Positions 9,585 to 19,294 are shown, counted from the first letter of the stretch. The stretch: 32,000 nucleotides of DNA from Ignicoccus hospitalis KIN4/I (GCF_000017945.1 NC_009776.1:360001-392000); one strand, 5' to 3'. Notes: a model not told the origin generated them from the sequence alone. Numbers and translations are program-made.

Positions 9585-9844
9585 CTAAGGAGGTCATCGT
9601 TGTTAGGGACAAACCCGTAAGTGAGTACGTCTTGAACGCGGTGGTCGCATTTAACAGCGGCGCGGAGGAAGTGGAAATAGTGGGCAGGGGGCGCTACATA
9701 TCGAAGGCCGTGGTCGTGTTCAACAGGCTGAGGGAGAGGTTGGAAGAGACGTTGAAGGTTGTTAACGTGGAGATAGGGAGCGAGGAGAGCAGGCGGGGGA
9801 GGCCGGTGGCCTACATCAAGATTCGAGTGACGCAAGGGCTCTGA
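9581..9844 (+). CDS. albA: Alba (Sac10b-family) DNA/RNA-binding protein
   Basis: KPVSEYVLNAVVAFNSGAEEVEIVGRGRYISKAVVVFNRL matches the Alba core (KPxxxYV...G...ARGxAISKAV). The TTG start overlaps the ubiA-like stop by 4 nt (TTGA). Confidence 0.8.
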   Translation: MTKEVIVVRDKPVSEYVLNAVVAFNSGAEEVEIVGRGRYISKAVVVFNRLRERLEETLKVVNVEIGSEESRRGRPVAYIKIRVTQGL

Positions 9845-12800
9845 AGGCCCTCAAGGTGTTGTTGAAGGCCCCCCAGAAGTCCGACTTGGCCAGCTCCATA
9901 GCCTCCTCCAGCCTCCGCGTGTATTCTGCTTCCGCCAGCTCCGGGAAGTTCCGCTCCACGTACTCCGCGACCGCGACCCCCTTCTTGGTGCTGACCACGT
10001 AGTTGTTGGGCGTTATCACCACATAACCGTGCCTCCTCAAGTTTTCGACAGTCTTCGCGTAGGTGCTCGGCCTGCCCACCCCGCGCTCCTTCATCCACCT
10101 TATCACTTCGAACACCTTGGGCAGCTGCACCAGCGAGGCCCTCCTCACCTCGGAAGATACCACCTTAGCCACCTTTTCCAACTTAATATCCTTAGTCTTG
10201 ATGTTCCAGACCGAGGTCCAGCCCGGCTCCAAGATCTCCGCGACCCACGCGCTCTCGACCCTCTTCCCCGCCACCTCGTACACTACCTTGACCTTCCTGA
10301 CCTTCGCCTCCTTCATCTGGCTTGCCATAAACCTCCTAAATATCATGTCGTAGAGCCTGAGCGCCTCGAAACTCATCCCGTTGAGGGCGAAGTCGAGCTT
10401 GAGGTCCTCCGCGCTCAGCGGCCTCGTGGGCCTTATCGCCTCGTGGGCCCCTCCCTCCCCCCACCTCCTGGGCGCGAACAAGCCCTCGAACTTGGAGGTT
10501 ATCCACTCCCTCGCCACCGCTATGCCCGCGTCCGACACCCTGGTGGAGTCCGTCCTGTGGTAAGTTATGAACCCCATCTCGAACAAGTCTTGGGCTACCC
10601 TCATAGCTCTCGAGGGGTCCAGCCCCAGCTTGGAGGCGTCCTCGAGCATGGTGTCTGTGGTGTAGGGGGGCAAGGGCTTGAGCTCCTCTACCTCCTCCTC
10701 TACCTTGAGTATTTTGACCTCTTCGACGGAGGCCAACTTTAAAGCTTCTTCCTTAGTCTTCACGAACAGCCTCAAGGTGTCCCCGTTGGACAAGTGAAGG
10801 GTCACCGAGTAGCCCGCGGAGGCCTTCCTGGCCTTGGCCCTCTCTACCACGAACTTGAGCACGGGGCCTTGGACCCTCCCGAGCCCGTGGTTGGGGTCGC
10901 CGAAGGCGGCCTTCAACCTCTCGCTCACCGCGAAGCCCACCAGCCTGTCGTCCAACCTCCTAACGATTTGCGACCTAACCGTTCCTTCGTCAACGGTAGT
11001 TAGGAAGGAGAGGGCCTCGTGGAGGCCCCTCAAGGTGACCTCGTAGTATTTCATCCTTTTTATGTTGCTGTTGAAGGGGTATATCATAGCCATGACGTCC
11101 CAAGCTATCTTCTCCCCCTCCTCGTCCGGGTCGGTGGCCAAGTAGACCTCGTCCACAACCGTCGCGAGCCTCCTCAAGGCCTCCACCACCTTAGAGGAGC
11201 TCTCCGCCGGGAGGCCGCACTTGGGGCACCTAGGGTCGGAGGAGGCCCAAGCGAGGTTGCACCTCCTACATCGGTTTATCGGGGCGTAGTAGACCCTCAC
11301 CGGCTCCCCCAGCTCTACGCCGTAAGTGCCTACCTCGTCCAAGGTGACGTCGAACAAGTGGCCCTTGGTAGCCACTATGAAGGCGAAGAGCGCCTCCCCT
11401 CCGAACTCGTGCACTGCTAAGTGGGCGGCCACCCCTCCGACCTCTACCTTCCCCCCTCCGCCCATTATCCTAGCAAAGGTCTTAGCCTTAGTTGGCGACT
11501 CTACGACGATTAGCACGTTTTTAGCTTTCACAGGCTTTGGCCCCTTCGGCGTAACTAGCTCTTCCTTGAACTCCACCCGGTCTTTCAAGCTTTCTTCAAA
11601 AGCTTTCATCAAGTCCTCGTCGTCGTAGACCACCACGCTGACCCCGTGGGTCATCCCCTTGGGGGTGAGGCGGGAGGTCCTCCCGGAGGCTTGGAGGTAG
11701 GTCTTGGGGTCCAGCAAGAATACCTTCCCGTCCTTCACCACGAACCCCTTGTCCACTACCTTCTCTCCCTTCAACCTTTCCAAGACCTTGCCCTTCATCT
11801 CCTTTAAGGCAGAGAGCGCGTCTCCCAAGAACCCCTCCAGCTCTCCCCCCTCTTCCATGGCCCTCCTGAGGAGGGCTAGCTCCACCTCGCTCAGCTTGGA
11901 CAACATCTTGAACAGTTTGACCGTATCCTCCTTCATTTCCAACTTCTTCATTACCCTTAACAAGGTGAGCGGGTTGTTCAAGCCCCTCTCCAAGTCGAAC
12001 TTTTTGAAGGGGGGCCTGACGAAGACGGCGAACCTTATCACGTCTGGCATGTCTATGCCCCTCGCCGCCACGCCGTACCTAGAGGAGTACGCCACCACCG
12101 CGTCCAGCTCCCCCTTCTCCAACTTCTTCAAGGCTTTCAGCTTCCCGGACTTGACCACCTCCGCCGCTACGCCCCTCTCCCTCAGAGCCCTCTCCACCTC
12201 CTCTATCGGAAACCCCTCGTGCACGAACACTATCCCCTTGAGCCCCTCGGAGGTGAAGTACCGGACCACCTCCGCCGCCCCCTCGACGGGGTCCTCGTGG
12301 AACATCTTGACGTCGTCCACGTACCTAATCGCCGGCGGGGCGCTGGCCGGGGAGAGGCCGAGCAGAGAGAGGATGAGTTTGGCCGTTAAGCTGCCCCCGC
12401 CGGCGGTGGCGGAGGCCATTATTACTTGCGAGCCCTTCTTGTCCTTTAGCCTCTCAAGCTCTCCTTTCAGCTCCTCGTAGCGCCCCCTCCGGCCCTCGTC
12501 CGATAAACCCTTCTTTATTATATCAACCATCTCGTTAACTATCGGTACAGCCTCCTCCAAACCCAAGGCGATTATAAGGGCAGTCGCGCTTTTGGGCGAC
12601 TTCATTACGGAGTCCACGTCGTCGAATATGTAAACGTCGTAGCCCCGGTAGGCCCTCGGGTCGCGCACGAGCCTCCTCATGGTTATTACGTCCACCTCCT
12701 CCGCCAGCCTCTCCTTAACTTGCTCCTCCAAGCTCTTGGAGGGGACTACGTAGAGCACCCTCTTCCCTTTCCTCTTTAAGAACGAGGAGAGGGCGGCGAG

Positions 12801-13079
12801 GAAGGTGCTCTTCCCGGTGCCGGTGGGGGCTAGGAGGACCGCGTCGGAGCCGCTCAGGGCCAGCTTGGCCCAAGCCCTCTGGGGCCCCCACAGCTCGAAC
12901 CCGTAAGCCTTCTTGAAGAAGTTAGCAAAGGCCTCGTACTCCTCCTCCAAGACTTCCTTCCAAGCGAGCAGCCCCCGGGGCTCGGAACACTTGGAACAAG
13001 GGAGGCCCGCTAGGAGCCTCTCCCTCTCCACGTCCCCTCCGCACGAAGGGCAAGAGCGCTGGTAGACGGCCTCTATCAT
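9816..13079 (-). CDS. rgy: Reverse gyrase
   Basis: N-terminal Zn finger (CPSCGG...CSKC). Helicase motifs are APTGTGKST and DDVD. TOPRIM motifs are VESPTKAKT and DPDEEGE. There is an internal Zn ribbon (CRRCN...CPKCG) and the topo IA active site ITYHRTDSTRVS. Confidence 0.95.
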   Translation of the reverse strand: MIEAVYQRSCPSCGGDVERERLLAGLPCSKCSEPRGLLAWKEVLEEEYEAFANFFKKAYGFELWGPQRAWAKLALSGSDAVLLAPTGTGKSTFLAALSSFLKRKGKRVLYVVPSKSLEEQVKERLAEEVDVITMRRLVRDPRAYRGYDVYIFDDVDSVMKSPKSATALIIALGLEEAVPIVNEMVDIIKKGLSDEGRRGRYEELKGELERLKDKKGSQVIMASATAGGGSLTAKLILSLLGLSPASAPPAIRYVDDVKMFHEDPVEGAAEVVRYFTSEGLKGIVFVHEGFPIEEVERALRERGVAAEVVKSGKLKALKKLEKGELDAVVAYSSRYGVAARGIDMPDVIRFAVFVRPPFKKFDLERGLNNPLTLLRVMKKLEMKEDTVKLFKMLSKLSEVELALLRRAMEEGGELEGFLGDALSALKEMKGKVLERLKGEKVVDKGFVVKDGKVFLLDPKTYLQASGRTSRLTPKGMTHGVSVVVYDDEDLMKAFEESLKDRVEFKEELVTPKGPKPVKAKNVLIVVESPTKAKTFARIMGGGGKVEVGGVAAHLAVHEFGGEALFAFIVATKGHLFDVTLDEVGTYGVELGEPVRVYYAPINRCRRCNLAWASSDPRCPKCGLPAESSSKVVEALRRLATVVDEVYLATDPDEEGEKIAWDVMAMIYPFNSNIKRMKYYEVTLRGLHEALSFLTTVDEGTVRSQIVRRLDDRLVGFAVSERLKAAFGDPNHGLGRVQGPVLKFVVERAKARKASAGYSVTLHLSNGDTLRLFVKTKEEALKLASVEEVKILKVEEEVEELKPLPPYTTDTMLEDASKLGLDPSRAMRVAQDLFEMGFITYHRTDSTRVSDAGIAVAREWITSKFEGLFAPRRWGEGGAHEAIRPTRPLSAEDLKLDFALNGMSFEALRLYDMIFRRFMASQMKEAKVRKVKVVYEVAGKRVESAWVAEILEPGWTSVWNIKTKDIKLEKVAKVVSSEVRRASLVQLPKVFEVIRWMKERGVGRPSTYAKTVENLRRHGYVVITPNNYVVSTKKGVAVAEYVERNFPELAEAEYTRRLEEAMELAKSDFWGAFNNTLRAFRALASLES

Positions 13080-13138
13080 TCGTAGCCCGGCGCATTTGTA
13101 GCGCTCGAGGGGCTAGCTTTTGGCCGGGAGGCCGGGTA

Positions 13139-14701
13139 TTACTCCAAAATGCCCTCCGGCAAGGCCGTTTCCACCTTCTCCCGGAGCTCCTCCGCTATGG
13201 CGTTAGCCTCCCTCACTATCTTTATGACGCTCTCCACGTCCCCCTCCGCCGCCTTCTGGCGGGCGAGCTCCTTGAGCTCTGAGAGCCGGGAGACCTTCTG
13301 GTAGACCTCCTCGCAGTCGCCGACGAGGAACAAGTAAACTACCACCTCCCCCGGGGGCGGCAAGCTTATCCCCAGCTCCTCCTCCGCGTCCCACACGTCC
13401 TTCATCTTCTTGTACGTTTTGATGGCACACTTGACGAGTTCCAGTGCCCTTTCGCAGCCCATCTGCTCGGCCAAGTGGACGGAGGTCGGCACTTGGGCGG
13501 CGAGTAAGTCGGCGCTAGCTATGTCGAACAGCTTCTCCAGCTCTTCAGAGAGCTTAACGATGCACGTGGCGTTGTTAACTATTGTGTCCAGCCACCTTTC
13601 GAACCTCTCGCAGCCGCCCTTTAGGACCTCCACCACGTCCTCTAAGGTAATTATGTTCCTAATTACCTTCCTCAAGTCTGTTATCCTCTTCTGCAGACAA
13701 ACCAATAACTCCGGCATCTTCTCCCCTAACTGTTTCAGCGCGTAGAACTCATCCACGTTCACGTCTGGAGCCAACATCCCTATGGTGCGCCACAAGGCCT
13801 TCTCCAAGGCCTCGCAAACCACCTTACCTTCCTTGATGCACTTGCTCGCCTTCACAAGCTCCTCGACGACCTTGCCGGCCTTGGGGGTCGCCACGGTCTC
13901 CAGCTCCCCGTTTTCCAGTACTACCACCACCTCGATGGAGGTGGGCGAGTAGTCCAGCGAGGTAGGGGTGCCCTCGAGGTCTACCGAGCTTACCTCGGAG
14001 CCCAACTGGTTCAAGAAGGCGAGTCGCTTCTCCGAGCTTATTGACACTACTATCTCGTCCCCCTTGGGGTTCCACATCAAGTCAGAGACGTTCTTGTACT
14101 TCGCTAACACCTTGAACTCGAATGTCTCATCCTTAGTATTTATAGAATAGATGTGACCGCTGGCGTCGGAGGCCAACAAGAAGGGGCCCCAGGAGAGGCC
14201 AGTAATTATGGACTGGAAGTCTGCGCTCCAGATCACTTTGCCCTTGTTCAAATCAAAAATTAACAGCCTCCCATCCTTGCTCCCCAAGGCGACGAACTCG
14301 CCCTTGCCGGCCACCCTCCAAACGGAGTACCCCACGTTGAATATTTCAATTCCTTTACCCTCTATCTTGGCCAACCAGCCCTCCCCTACGGCGAGCACCT
14401 TCTTGTCCTTGGTCTCCACCATGTGCTCCACTTGTGAGGGGACTTCGAAGGAGTACTTCTTCTCCAAGTTCCTGTCCAAAACAATTATTTTATCTTCCGT
14501 GCCCAAGTATAAAGTTCCTTGGGAAGACCAGAGGACCGAGTGCACGGGAGGCTCGGGCTTGTCCAGCACTATTTTGCCCTCGTGGGGCTCCACTATTTGA
14601 AATCCCTTGCTCCCCAAGGCGGTCGCTATGTACTTCGGCCCCCAGCTGACGTCCTCAGGCGGCGTTAACAAGCGAACTTTCAGCCTCTTAACGCTCATCA
14701 C
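13139..14701 (-). CDS. Beta-propeller (WD40/PQQ-like) N-terminal half fused to an all-helical C-terminal half; function unknown
   Basis: Residues about 1-290 show repeated short-strand patterns (LGSKDGRLLIFDL, LLASDASGHIYSI, MWNPKGDEIVVS). Residues about 290-520 are Leu/Glu/Lys-rich with helical periodicity. An AT-rich TATA-like element lies at 14717-14734 upstream. Confidence 0.75.
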   Translation of the reverse strand: MMSVKRLKVRLLTPPEDVSWGPKYIATALGSKGFQIVEPHEGKIVLDKPEPPVHSVLWSSQGTLYLGTEDKIIVLDRNLEKKYSFEVPSQVEHMVETKDKKVLAVGEGWLAKIEGKGIEIFNVGYSVWRVAGKGEFVALGSKDGRLLIFDLNKGKVIWSADFQSIITGLSWGPFLLASDASGHIYSINTKDETFEFKVLAKYKNVSDLMWNPKGDEIVVSISSEKRLAFLNQLGSEVSSVDLEGTPTSLDYSPTSIEVVVVLENGELETVATPKAGKVVEELVKASKCIKEGKVVCEALEKALWRTIGMLAPDVNVDEFYALKQLGEKMPELLVCLQKRITDLRKVIRNIITLEDVVEVLKGGCERFERWLDTIVNNATCIVKLSEELEKLFDIASADLLAAQVPTSVHLAEQMGCERALELVKCAIKTYKKMKDVWDAEEELGISLPPPGEVVVYLFLVGDCEEVYQKVSRLSELKELARQKAAEGDVESVIKIVREANAIAEELREKVETALPEGILE

Positions 14702-14816
14702 TCTCGCGGTGTTACCTTTTAAAACTAGTTAATACGAGTGACGGAACCCCCGCCCTCACACCCGCCGGAGGCCGCTCGGGCGGGCGGTGACGGCGGGGCG
14801 GTCGCGGGGGGACACG

Positions 14817-15629
14817 CTAGAGCTTGTTGACGTGCTTGTCCAAGCCGAGCTCCTTCTCCGAAAGCCCCATCGCGTAGCCCACGAGCTGGTGGAGGTGCCA
14901 GACCGGCACCCCCTTCTGGGAGGTGTCCAGCTGGTACTGGCAGAAGGGGCACAAGGTAACTATCACGTCCGCCCCCGCGCTCTCGCTGACAACCTTCCTA
15001 GCCAAGTCCGTCGCCACCTTCTTGTCGTAAGTCATTAAGGGGAAGCCGCAGCAAGTGTCCACCCTCCTCGCCACCTCCGCCCCTGTCCTCTTGACCACCT
15101 CTTCCATCATTTTGAAAACGTCCTTACCCTGGTAGAAGTTGTAGAACTTCTTCGCGCCGCAGCCGGGGTACAAGGAGACCCTAAGGTTGTACAAGGGCCT
15201 CTTCACGTGCTCCTCCTTGAAGTTCTCCAACAGCAAGTCGAGTATGTGGAGCAGCTTCACGTCTATGTTGAACTTCAAGTGTTTGCTTTCTAACAAGTCC
15301 TTTACCTCCTCTCTCAAGGGTTCTTCCTTCATCATCCTCCCCTTCCAGAACATCAGCTGGGCCGCGCATATCCCGCAAGCGGTGAAGACGCTGCTGCAAC
15401 CTTGCTCCTTCGCGAGGCTCAAGTTAGAGGCCACCAGCACGGCGGTCCCCAACGGGGAGGCGTCCTCCACGACCCCGGTGCCGCAGCACACCCAGCCCTC
15501 TATCTCCTTGTACTCCACCCCCAACGCCTTCAACACGTTTCTGGTAGCAATTTCCATGTCTTCGCCTATACCCCTAGTGCTACAGCCGGGATAGTGGCAA
15601 AGCAAGGCCTTCCCTTCACGCGACGGCAA
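14817..15629 (-). CDS. CCG-domain protein, heterodisulfide reductase subunit B-like
   Basis: Two Cys-rich CCG motifs (WVCCGTG...CGIC and DTCCGFP...CPFC) and an N-terminal YPGCS. The start is TTG at 15629 or in-frame TTG at 15605. Confidence 0.7.
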   Translation of the reverse strand: MPSREGKALLCHYPGCSTRGIGEDMEIATRNVLKALGVEYKEIEGWVCCGTGVVEDASPLGTAVLVASNLSLAKEQGCSSVFTACGICAAQLMFWKGRMMKEEPLREEVKDLLESKHLKFNIDVKLLHILDLLLENFKEEHVKRPLYNLRVSLYPGCGAKKFYNFYQGKDVFKMMEEVVKRTGAEVARRVDTCCGFPLMTYDKKVATDLARKVVSESAGADVIVTLCPFCQYQLDTSQKGVPVWHLHQLVGYAMGLSEKELGLDKHVNKL

Positions 15630-15630
15630 G

Positions 15631-15642
15631 TTTAATATTAAA
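15631..15642. promoter_or_regulatory. Perfectly palindromic TATA-like element TTTAATATTAAA in a divergent intergenic region
   Basis: Seen directly. Its centre lies about 34 nt upstream of the ribB ATG (15671) and about 31 nt upstream of the alternative TTG (15605) of the divergent hdrB-like gene. Confidence 0.4.
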
Positions 15643-15670
15643 TTCCTTTGTTGTTCCGACGGTCTCGTGG

Positions 15671-16345
15671 ATGCGGGAGCTAAGGGAGAGGCTGCTCTCG
15701 GGGGCGCCGTTCATGCTCTTCGACTTCCCCGGGAGGGAGGAGGAGGTGGACTTGGTCTATTACGCTCCGGCCGTAACCGCGGCCAGCGTTTACAACTTAA
15801 GGACCTTGGCCGGCGGGCTGATCTGCTTCGCCACAACTGAGGAGGTGGGCTCCGCCTTAGGGCTGGAGAAGGCTTGGAAGACTCTGTCCAAGCAAGGCTA
15901 CTCCAAGCTAGTCAAGAAGCCCAAGTACGGCGACTACCCGGCGTTCTCCGTGTGGGTGAACCACGTGGACGTCAGAACCGGAATAAGCGACGAGGACAGG
16001 GCTTTAACGATAAGGAAGCTCGCGGAGGTGGCGGAGCTGGCCTTGAGCGACCCGGAGGAGGCCAAGAGGAGGTTCGAGGAGGAGTTCTACGCCCCCGGCC
16101 ACGTGCCGGTCCTCTTGGCCTCCAAGCTGGAGGAGAGGAGGGGCCACACGGAGCTGAGCGTGAGGCTGCTGGAGGCCTTAAGGCTGACGCCCGCGGCGGC
16201 CTTCGCGGAGATGTTGGACTACGGGAGGTCGATGAGCTTGAGGAGGGCGGAGGAGCTCTCGAGGTCCTTGGGGATACCTCTCATTAAGGGGGAAGAGGTG
16301 TTGGCCTTTCTGGGGATGAGGAGTGACTCCAATGTTGAGCGGTGA
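15671..16345 (+). CDS. ribB: 3,4-dihydroxy-2-butanone 4-phosphate synthase (archaeal type)
   Basis: Motifs GREEEVDLVY, AGGLICFA, SVWVNH and APGHVPVL...RRGHTELSVRL match DHBP synthase signature regions. Confidence 0.85.
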   Translation: MRELRERLLSGAPFMLFDFPGREEEVDLVYYAPAVTAASVYNLRTLAGGLICFATTEEVGSALGLEKAWKTLSKQGYSKLVKKPKYGDYPAFSVWVNHVDVRTGISDEDRALTIRKLAEVAELALSDPEEAKRRFEEEFYAPGHVPVLLASKLEERRGHTELSVRLLEALRLTPAAAFAEMLDYGRSMSLRRAEELSRSLGIPLIKGEEVLAFLGMRSDSNVER

Positions 16346-16358
16346 GAGCCTTTCGCCC

Positions 16359-16637
16359 CTACTGACCCGCGAGGGGCGCGCTGAGCTCCCTTTCAAGGAG
16401 CACCTTAATGTCGTCCTTATGTACCCTCATCAAGTGTAAGTAGAACCCCCTCTTGGTGAAGCTCCCCTTGGCGCATATGGCGCAGTAAACCAAGCCCTTC
16501 CTCTCCTCCCTCACCATCTCGGCCACCCTCTTGGCGGCCTCCAGCTCCTCTTGGGAGACCCCTTCCAACAACTCTTCCCTTATCCTCATCCTACTTGCAA
16601 TTCTTATGGCTATATCCGCTAACCTGTCCAGATCCAT
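16359..16637 (-). CDS. Small protein with a classical C2H2 zinc finger
   Basis: CAICAKGSFTKRGFYLHLMRVH fits C-x2-C-x12-H-x4-H. An acidic helical N-terminus precedes it. Confidence 0.65.
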   Translation of the reverse strand: MDLDRLADIAIRIASRMRIREELLEGVSQEELEAAKRVAEMVREERKGLVYCAICAKGSFTKRGFYLHLMRVHKDDIKVLLERELSAPLAGQ

Positions 16638-16705
16638 CGGCGCACCCGGTGTGGTGTAGGATACGCAAAACTTATTAGGGGCAGATCCCGTTAATACCTC
16701 TCGAA

Positions 16706-17368
16706 TTATAGAAGGCCCTCCTCGACGACCCTCCTCCTAAAGGCCTTGTTCGTCTTGGCCAGCTCGTGAATGGCCTCCTCCGCCGGGCCCCAGAACTTGA
16801 ACTCCAGGAAGACCCCCGTGCGCCCCTTTTCCCTCCTCTTGGTGAGCAGCCTGACCCTCTCCTTCACAGTCTCCGCGCTTATGCCCAAGACCTTAGCGAC
16901 GTGTTCTTCCCTACCTATGACTGGCTCCTCCTCGTGGCCGTAGGGGGTGGGGACGATGAGGAGGAGGTCCTTGTTCACCCCCGGCACCCTCTTGCCCTCC
17001 TTGAGCCCCTTCAAGTCCAGCTCGCCCCCGAAGGCGTAGAACTCCCTCTCCTTAGTGGTCAACTTCCCCAAGGGGAAAGAAACGACCACCTCCTCTTTCT
17101 CGTCCAAGGCCAAGTAGACCTTCGGGGTGCTCCGGGGGGTTGCCATAATTATGTATCCGTGGGACTTGGAGAAGCCCAAGGCCGCCTCCACCTTGTACGG
17201 CTCCACGGGGAAGAGTATGGCCACGTCCACGTCGCTGTCCTCGTTCACGTCCCCCCTCGCGACGGAGCCGTGGACCACGGGGGAGAAGGGGGCCAACCTC
17301 TCCATAACTCTAATCGCCTTCTCCCTCTTCCTCCTCAAGAGCTCCCAGCGGGCCCCGTCGTACTCCAA
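16706..17368 (-). CDS. Pol-beta-superfamily nucleotidyltransferase domain protein
   Basis: Motif HGSVARGDVNEDSDVDVAI (GS...D.D). The start at 17368 overlaps the upstream gene by 59 nt. An alternative ATG at 17305 (MERLAPF) removes the overlap. Confidence 0.75.
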   Translation of the reverse strand: MEYDGARWELLRRKREKAIRVMERLAPFSPVVHGSVARGDVNEDSDVDVAILFPVEPYKVEAALGFSKSHGYIIMATPRSTPKVYLALDEKEEVVVSFPLGKLTTKEREFYAFGGELDLKGLKEGKRVPGVNKDLLLIVPTPYGHEEEPVIGREEHVAKVLGISAETVKERVRLLTKRREKGRTGVFLEFKFWGPAEEAIHELAKTNKAFRRRVVEEGLL

Positions 17369-18560
17369 GGACCGCCCCCCTCAGCTCTTCTATCCTCTTT
17401 GTTAGGTACTCCTTTAACTCTTCGGGGTCCGCCCCCCTCTCGAGGCCCTCCACGGCCCTCTTCGAGTGCGTGTAGGGGGCCTCTCTGAAGGCCGGCTCCA
17501 GCTCCTCGCCCTCCAAGTACACTCCCTCCCCGGCCTCCACCTCCCCGACCTTGACGAAGGGGAGCTCGCAGCCCCTCTCCGCCACGAACACTACTGAGTC
17601 CACGCTGGTCCTCAAGGGGTCTATCCCGTCCTCCTCGAAAGCCTTCAGTAGCTCCGGGTGGACGGCCTCATAGACGCTCTTCCACAACACCACCTTTACT
17701 CCGAGCTTCCTCGAGATCTCGAAGGCGTCGAGCGCTATGCCGCCGTTCGTCCAGTCGAAGGCCCCCTTTACGCACTCCACCTCCATTGCCCTTTTAATGT
17801 CGTAAACGAAGTCGACGTTTAAGGTTAACTTCACGAGCTCCGGCCTGCCGTGGGTGAGGGCGTAAGCAGTTACTGTGCCCCCGCCCTTGCCTACGGTTGC
17901 GTAGAGCTCGTCCCCGGGGGAGGCGTTGAAGCGGGACCAGTCCCTAACCTTCCTCCCCACCGCGAAGGCGCCGCCGGTGACCCTATTGCCTATGACGGCG
18001 TCTCCCCCTATCCTCAAGGTGCTCCCGCCAACCAAGGGGGCGCCGGTGAGCTCGCCGGCCACGTATGCCCCCGCGGTTACGTCCAGCAAGTAGGCCACGT
18101 CCGTGTCGTCGGCGACGTGCACGTCTATCAAGCTGGCAACCGGCGCCCCGCCCGAGACCATTACGTCCCTGACCGCAGCCCTCACCGCGTGGAAGCCCAT
18201 GAGCAGGGGGACGGAGCTCAAGCGCGAGTGGAAGCCGTCCACGGCGAGCACTAGGTCCCCCACCCGGGCCGCGTCGCCCCCGCCGGAGAGGGAGGTCAAT
18301 GCCTCGTGGACCGCCCAGTCCCCCAGCCCCCTGCTCCCGACCCCTCCTTCCCCGGCCCTCACCCCCAAGGGGGAGGGGGCGTAGGGGCCGGAGTTGGAGA
18401 GGACTTGGACCGCGTCCTCGTAGAGGCCCTCGGCGAGCTTTAGGGCCCTCTCCAAGCTTAGGCCCTTCCTAACGGTGAGGAAGGGGAGGACCAAGCTGAT
18501 TATCTGGTCCTTGTTCAAGCCTTTCTCTAATAAGAACTTGATCGCGTCCTCTAGGTCCAA
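17310..18560 (-). CDS. AIR-synthase-related (PurM superfamily) protein
   Basis: PurM-type N-domain (LAVDGFH...VRDVMVSGGAP) and C-domain (GDELYATVGKGGG). It lacks the HypE C-terminal PRIC motif, so I do not call it HypE. Confidence 0.7.
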   Translation of the reverse strand: MDLEDAIKFLLEKGLNKDQIISLVLPFLTVRKGLSLERALKLAEGLYEDAVQVLSNSGPYAPSPLGVRAGEGGVGSRGLGDWAVHEALTSLSGGGDAARVGDLVLAVDGFHSRLSSVPLLMGFHAVRAAVRDVMVSGGAPVASLIDVHVADDTDVAYLLDVTAGAYVAGELTGAPLVGGSTLRIGGDAVIGNRVTGGAFAVGRKVRDWSRFNASPGDELYATVGKGGGTVTAYALTHGRPELVKLTLNVDFVYDIKRAMEVECVKGAFDWTNGGIALDAFEISRKLGVKVVLWKSVYEAVHPELLKAFEEDGIDPLRTSVDSVVFVAERGCELPFVKVGEVEAGEGVYLEGEELEPAFREAPYTHSKRAVEGLERGADPEELKEYLTKRIEELRGAVLGVRRGPLGALEEEEGEGD

Positions 18561-19294
18561 CCCGCCACCCTTCGGGCTATCCTCTCGGCCGCGCTTAGGT
18601 CCCTTTCCACCACGGTGCCCACCACCACCCCGTCGGCCCCGGCGCGGAGGATCTCGGCCGCCACCTCCTCGTCCTTTATGCCCCCGCCTACTATCAATAT
18701 CACCTCCTCCCCCAACAGCTTCTTGGCCAGCCTCACCGCCTCGGGGGGCACGCTCCTCTTGACCCCGCTCCCCGCCTCTAGGTAAACTACCTTGAAGCCC
18801 AAGTACTTCGCAGCTAGCACGTACATGCTCAAAAGTTCCGGCTTCTCTGGGGGTATTGCCTTTGCCTCCCCCACCCAGCCCGCGGTGCCGCCCTCGCCTA
18901 CGATTATGTAGGCCGTAGGTATGGCCTCCAAGCCGTACCTATACACCAACAAAGAGCCCTCCAACTGGTAGTCTATCAAGTACTTCCGGTTGGTGCTGTT
19001 GAGCAGGCTCATGAAAAGTATGGCGTCCGCCGAAGGGGCGACTTGGCAAGGGCTCCCGGGGAAGACCGTGACGGGCTTGTCGCAGTTCTTCTTCACGAGC
19101 GCGACCGTCTTCTCGGTCTCTATCTGGCCCACTCCGGTGCTCCCGCCCACCAAGAAGGTGGCGGCGTACTCGCACAAGGCCTTAACGGCCCTTTCGTAAT
19201 AGTCCTCCTCGGAGATCACCTTGTCGGGGTCCAGCAGCGGGAGGAGCGCCCTCCCCCTTCTCTTCATCAGCTCGTCGTACGCCCCCATCCTCAC
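18551..19294 (-). CDS. Geranylgeranylglyceryl phosphate synthase (PcrB/GGGPS family)
   Basis: Motifs LLPLLDPDK, GGSTGV, YLEAGSG and LIVGGGIKDEE are typical of the GGGPS TIM barrel. Confidence 0.85.
   Translation of the reverse strand: MRMGAYDELMKRRGRALLPLLDPDKVISEEDYYERAVKALCEYAATFLVGGSTGVGQIETEKTVALVKKNCDKPVTVFPGSPCQVAPSADAILFMSLLNSTNRKYLIDYQLEGSLLVYRYGLEAIPTAYIIVGEGGTAGWVGEAKAIPPEKPELLSMYVLAAKYLGFKVVYLEAGSGVKRSVPPEAVRLAKKLLGEEVILIVGGGIKDEEVAAEILRAGADGVVVGTVVERDLSAAERIARRVAGWT

Noticed and set aside
10029-12480. Several 60-258-aa plus-strand ORFs inside the reverse gyrase gene
   Set aside because: The reverse gyrase frame carries every diagnostic helicase and topoisomerase motif. The antisense ORFs are Ser/Pro/Leu low complexity.
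14740-14816. G/C-rich imperfect inverted repeat downstream of the hdrB-like stop, considered as a terminator hairpin
   Set aside because: Archaeal termination relies mainly on oligo-T tracts. The pairing is imperfect and I cannot evaluate its stability by eye.
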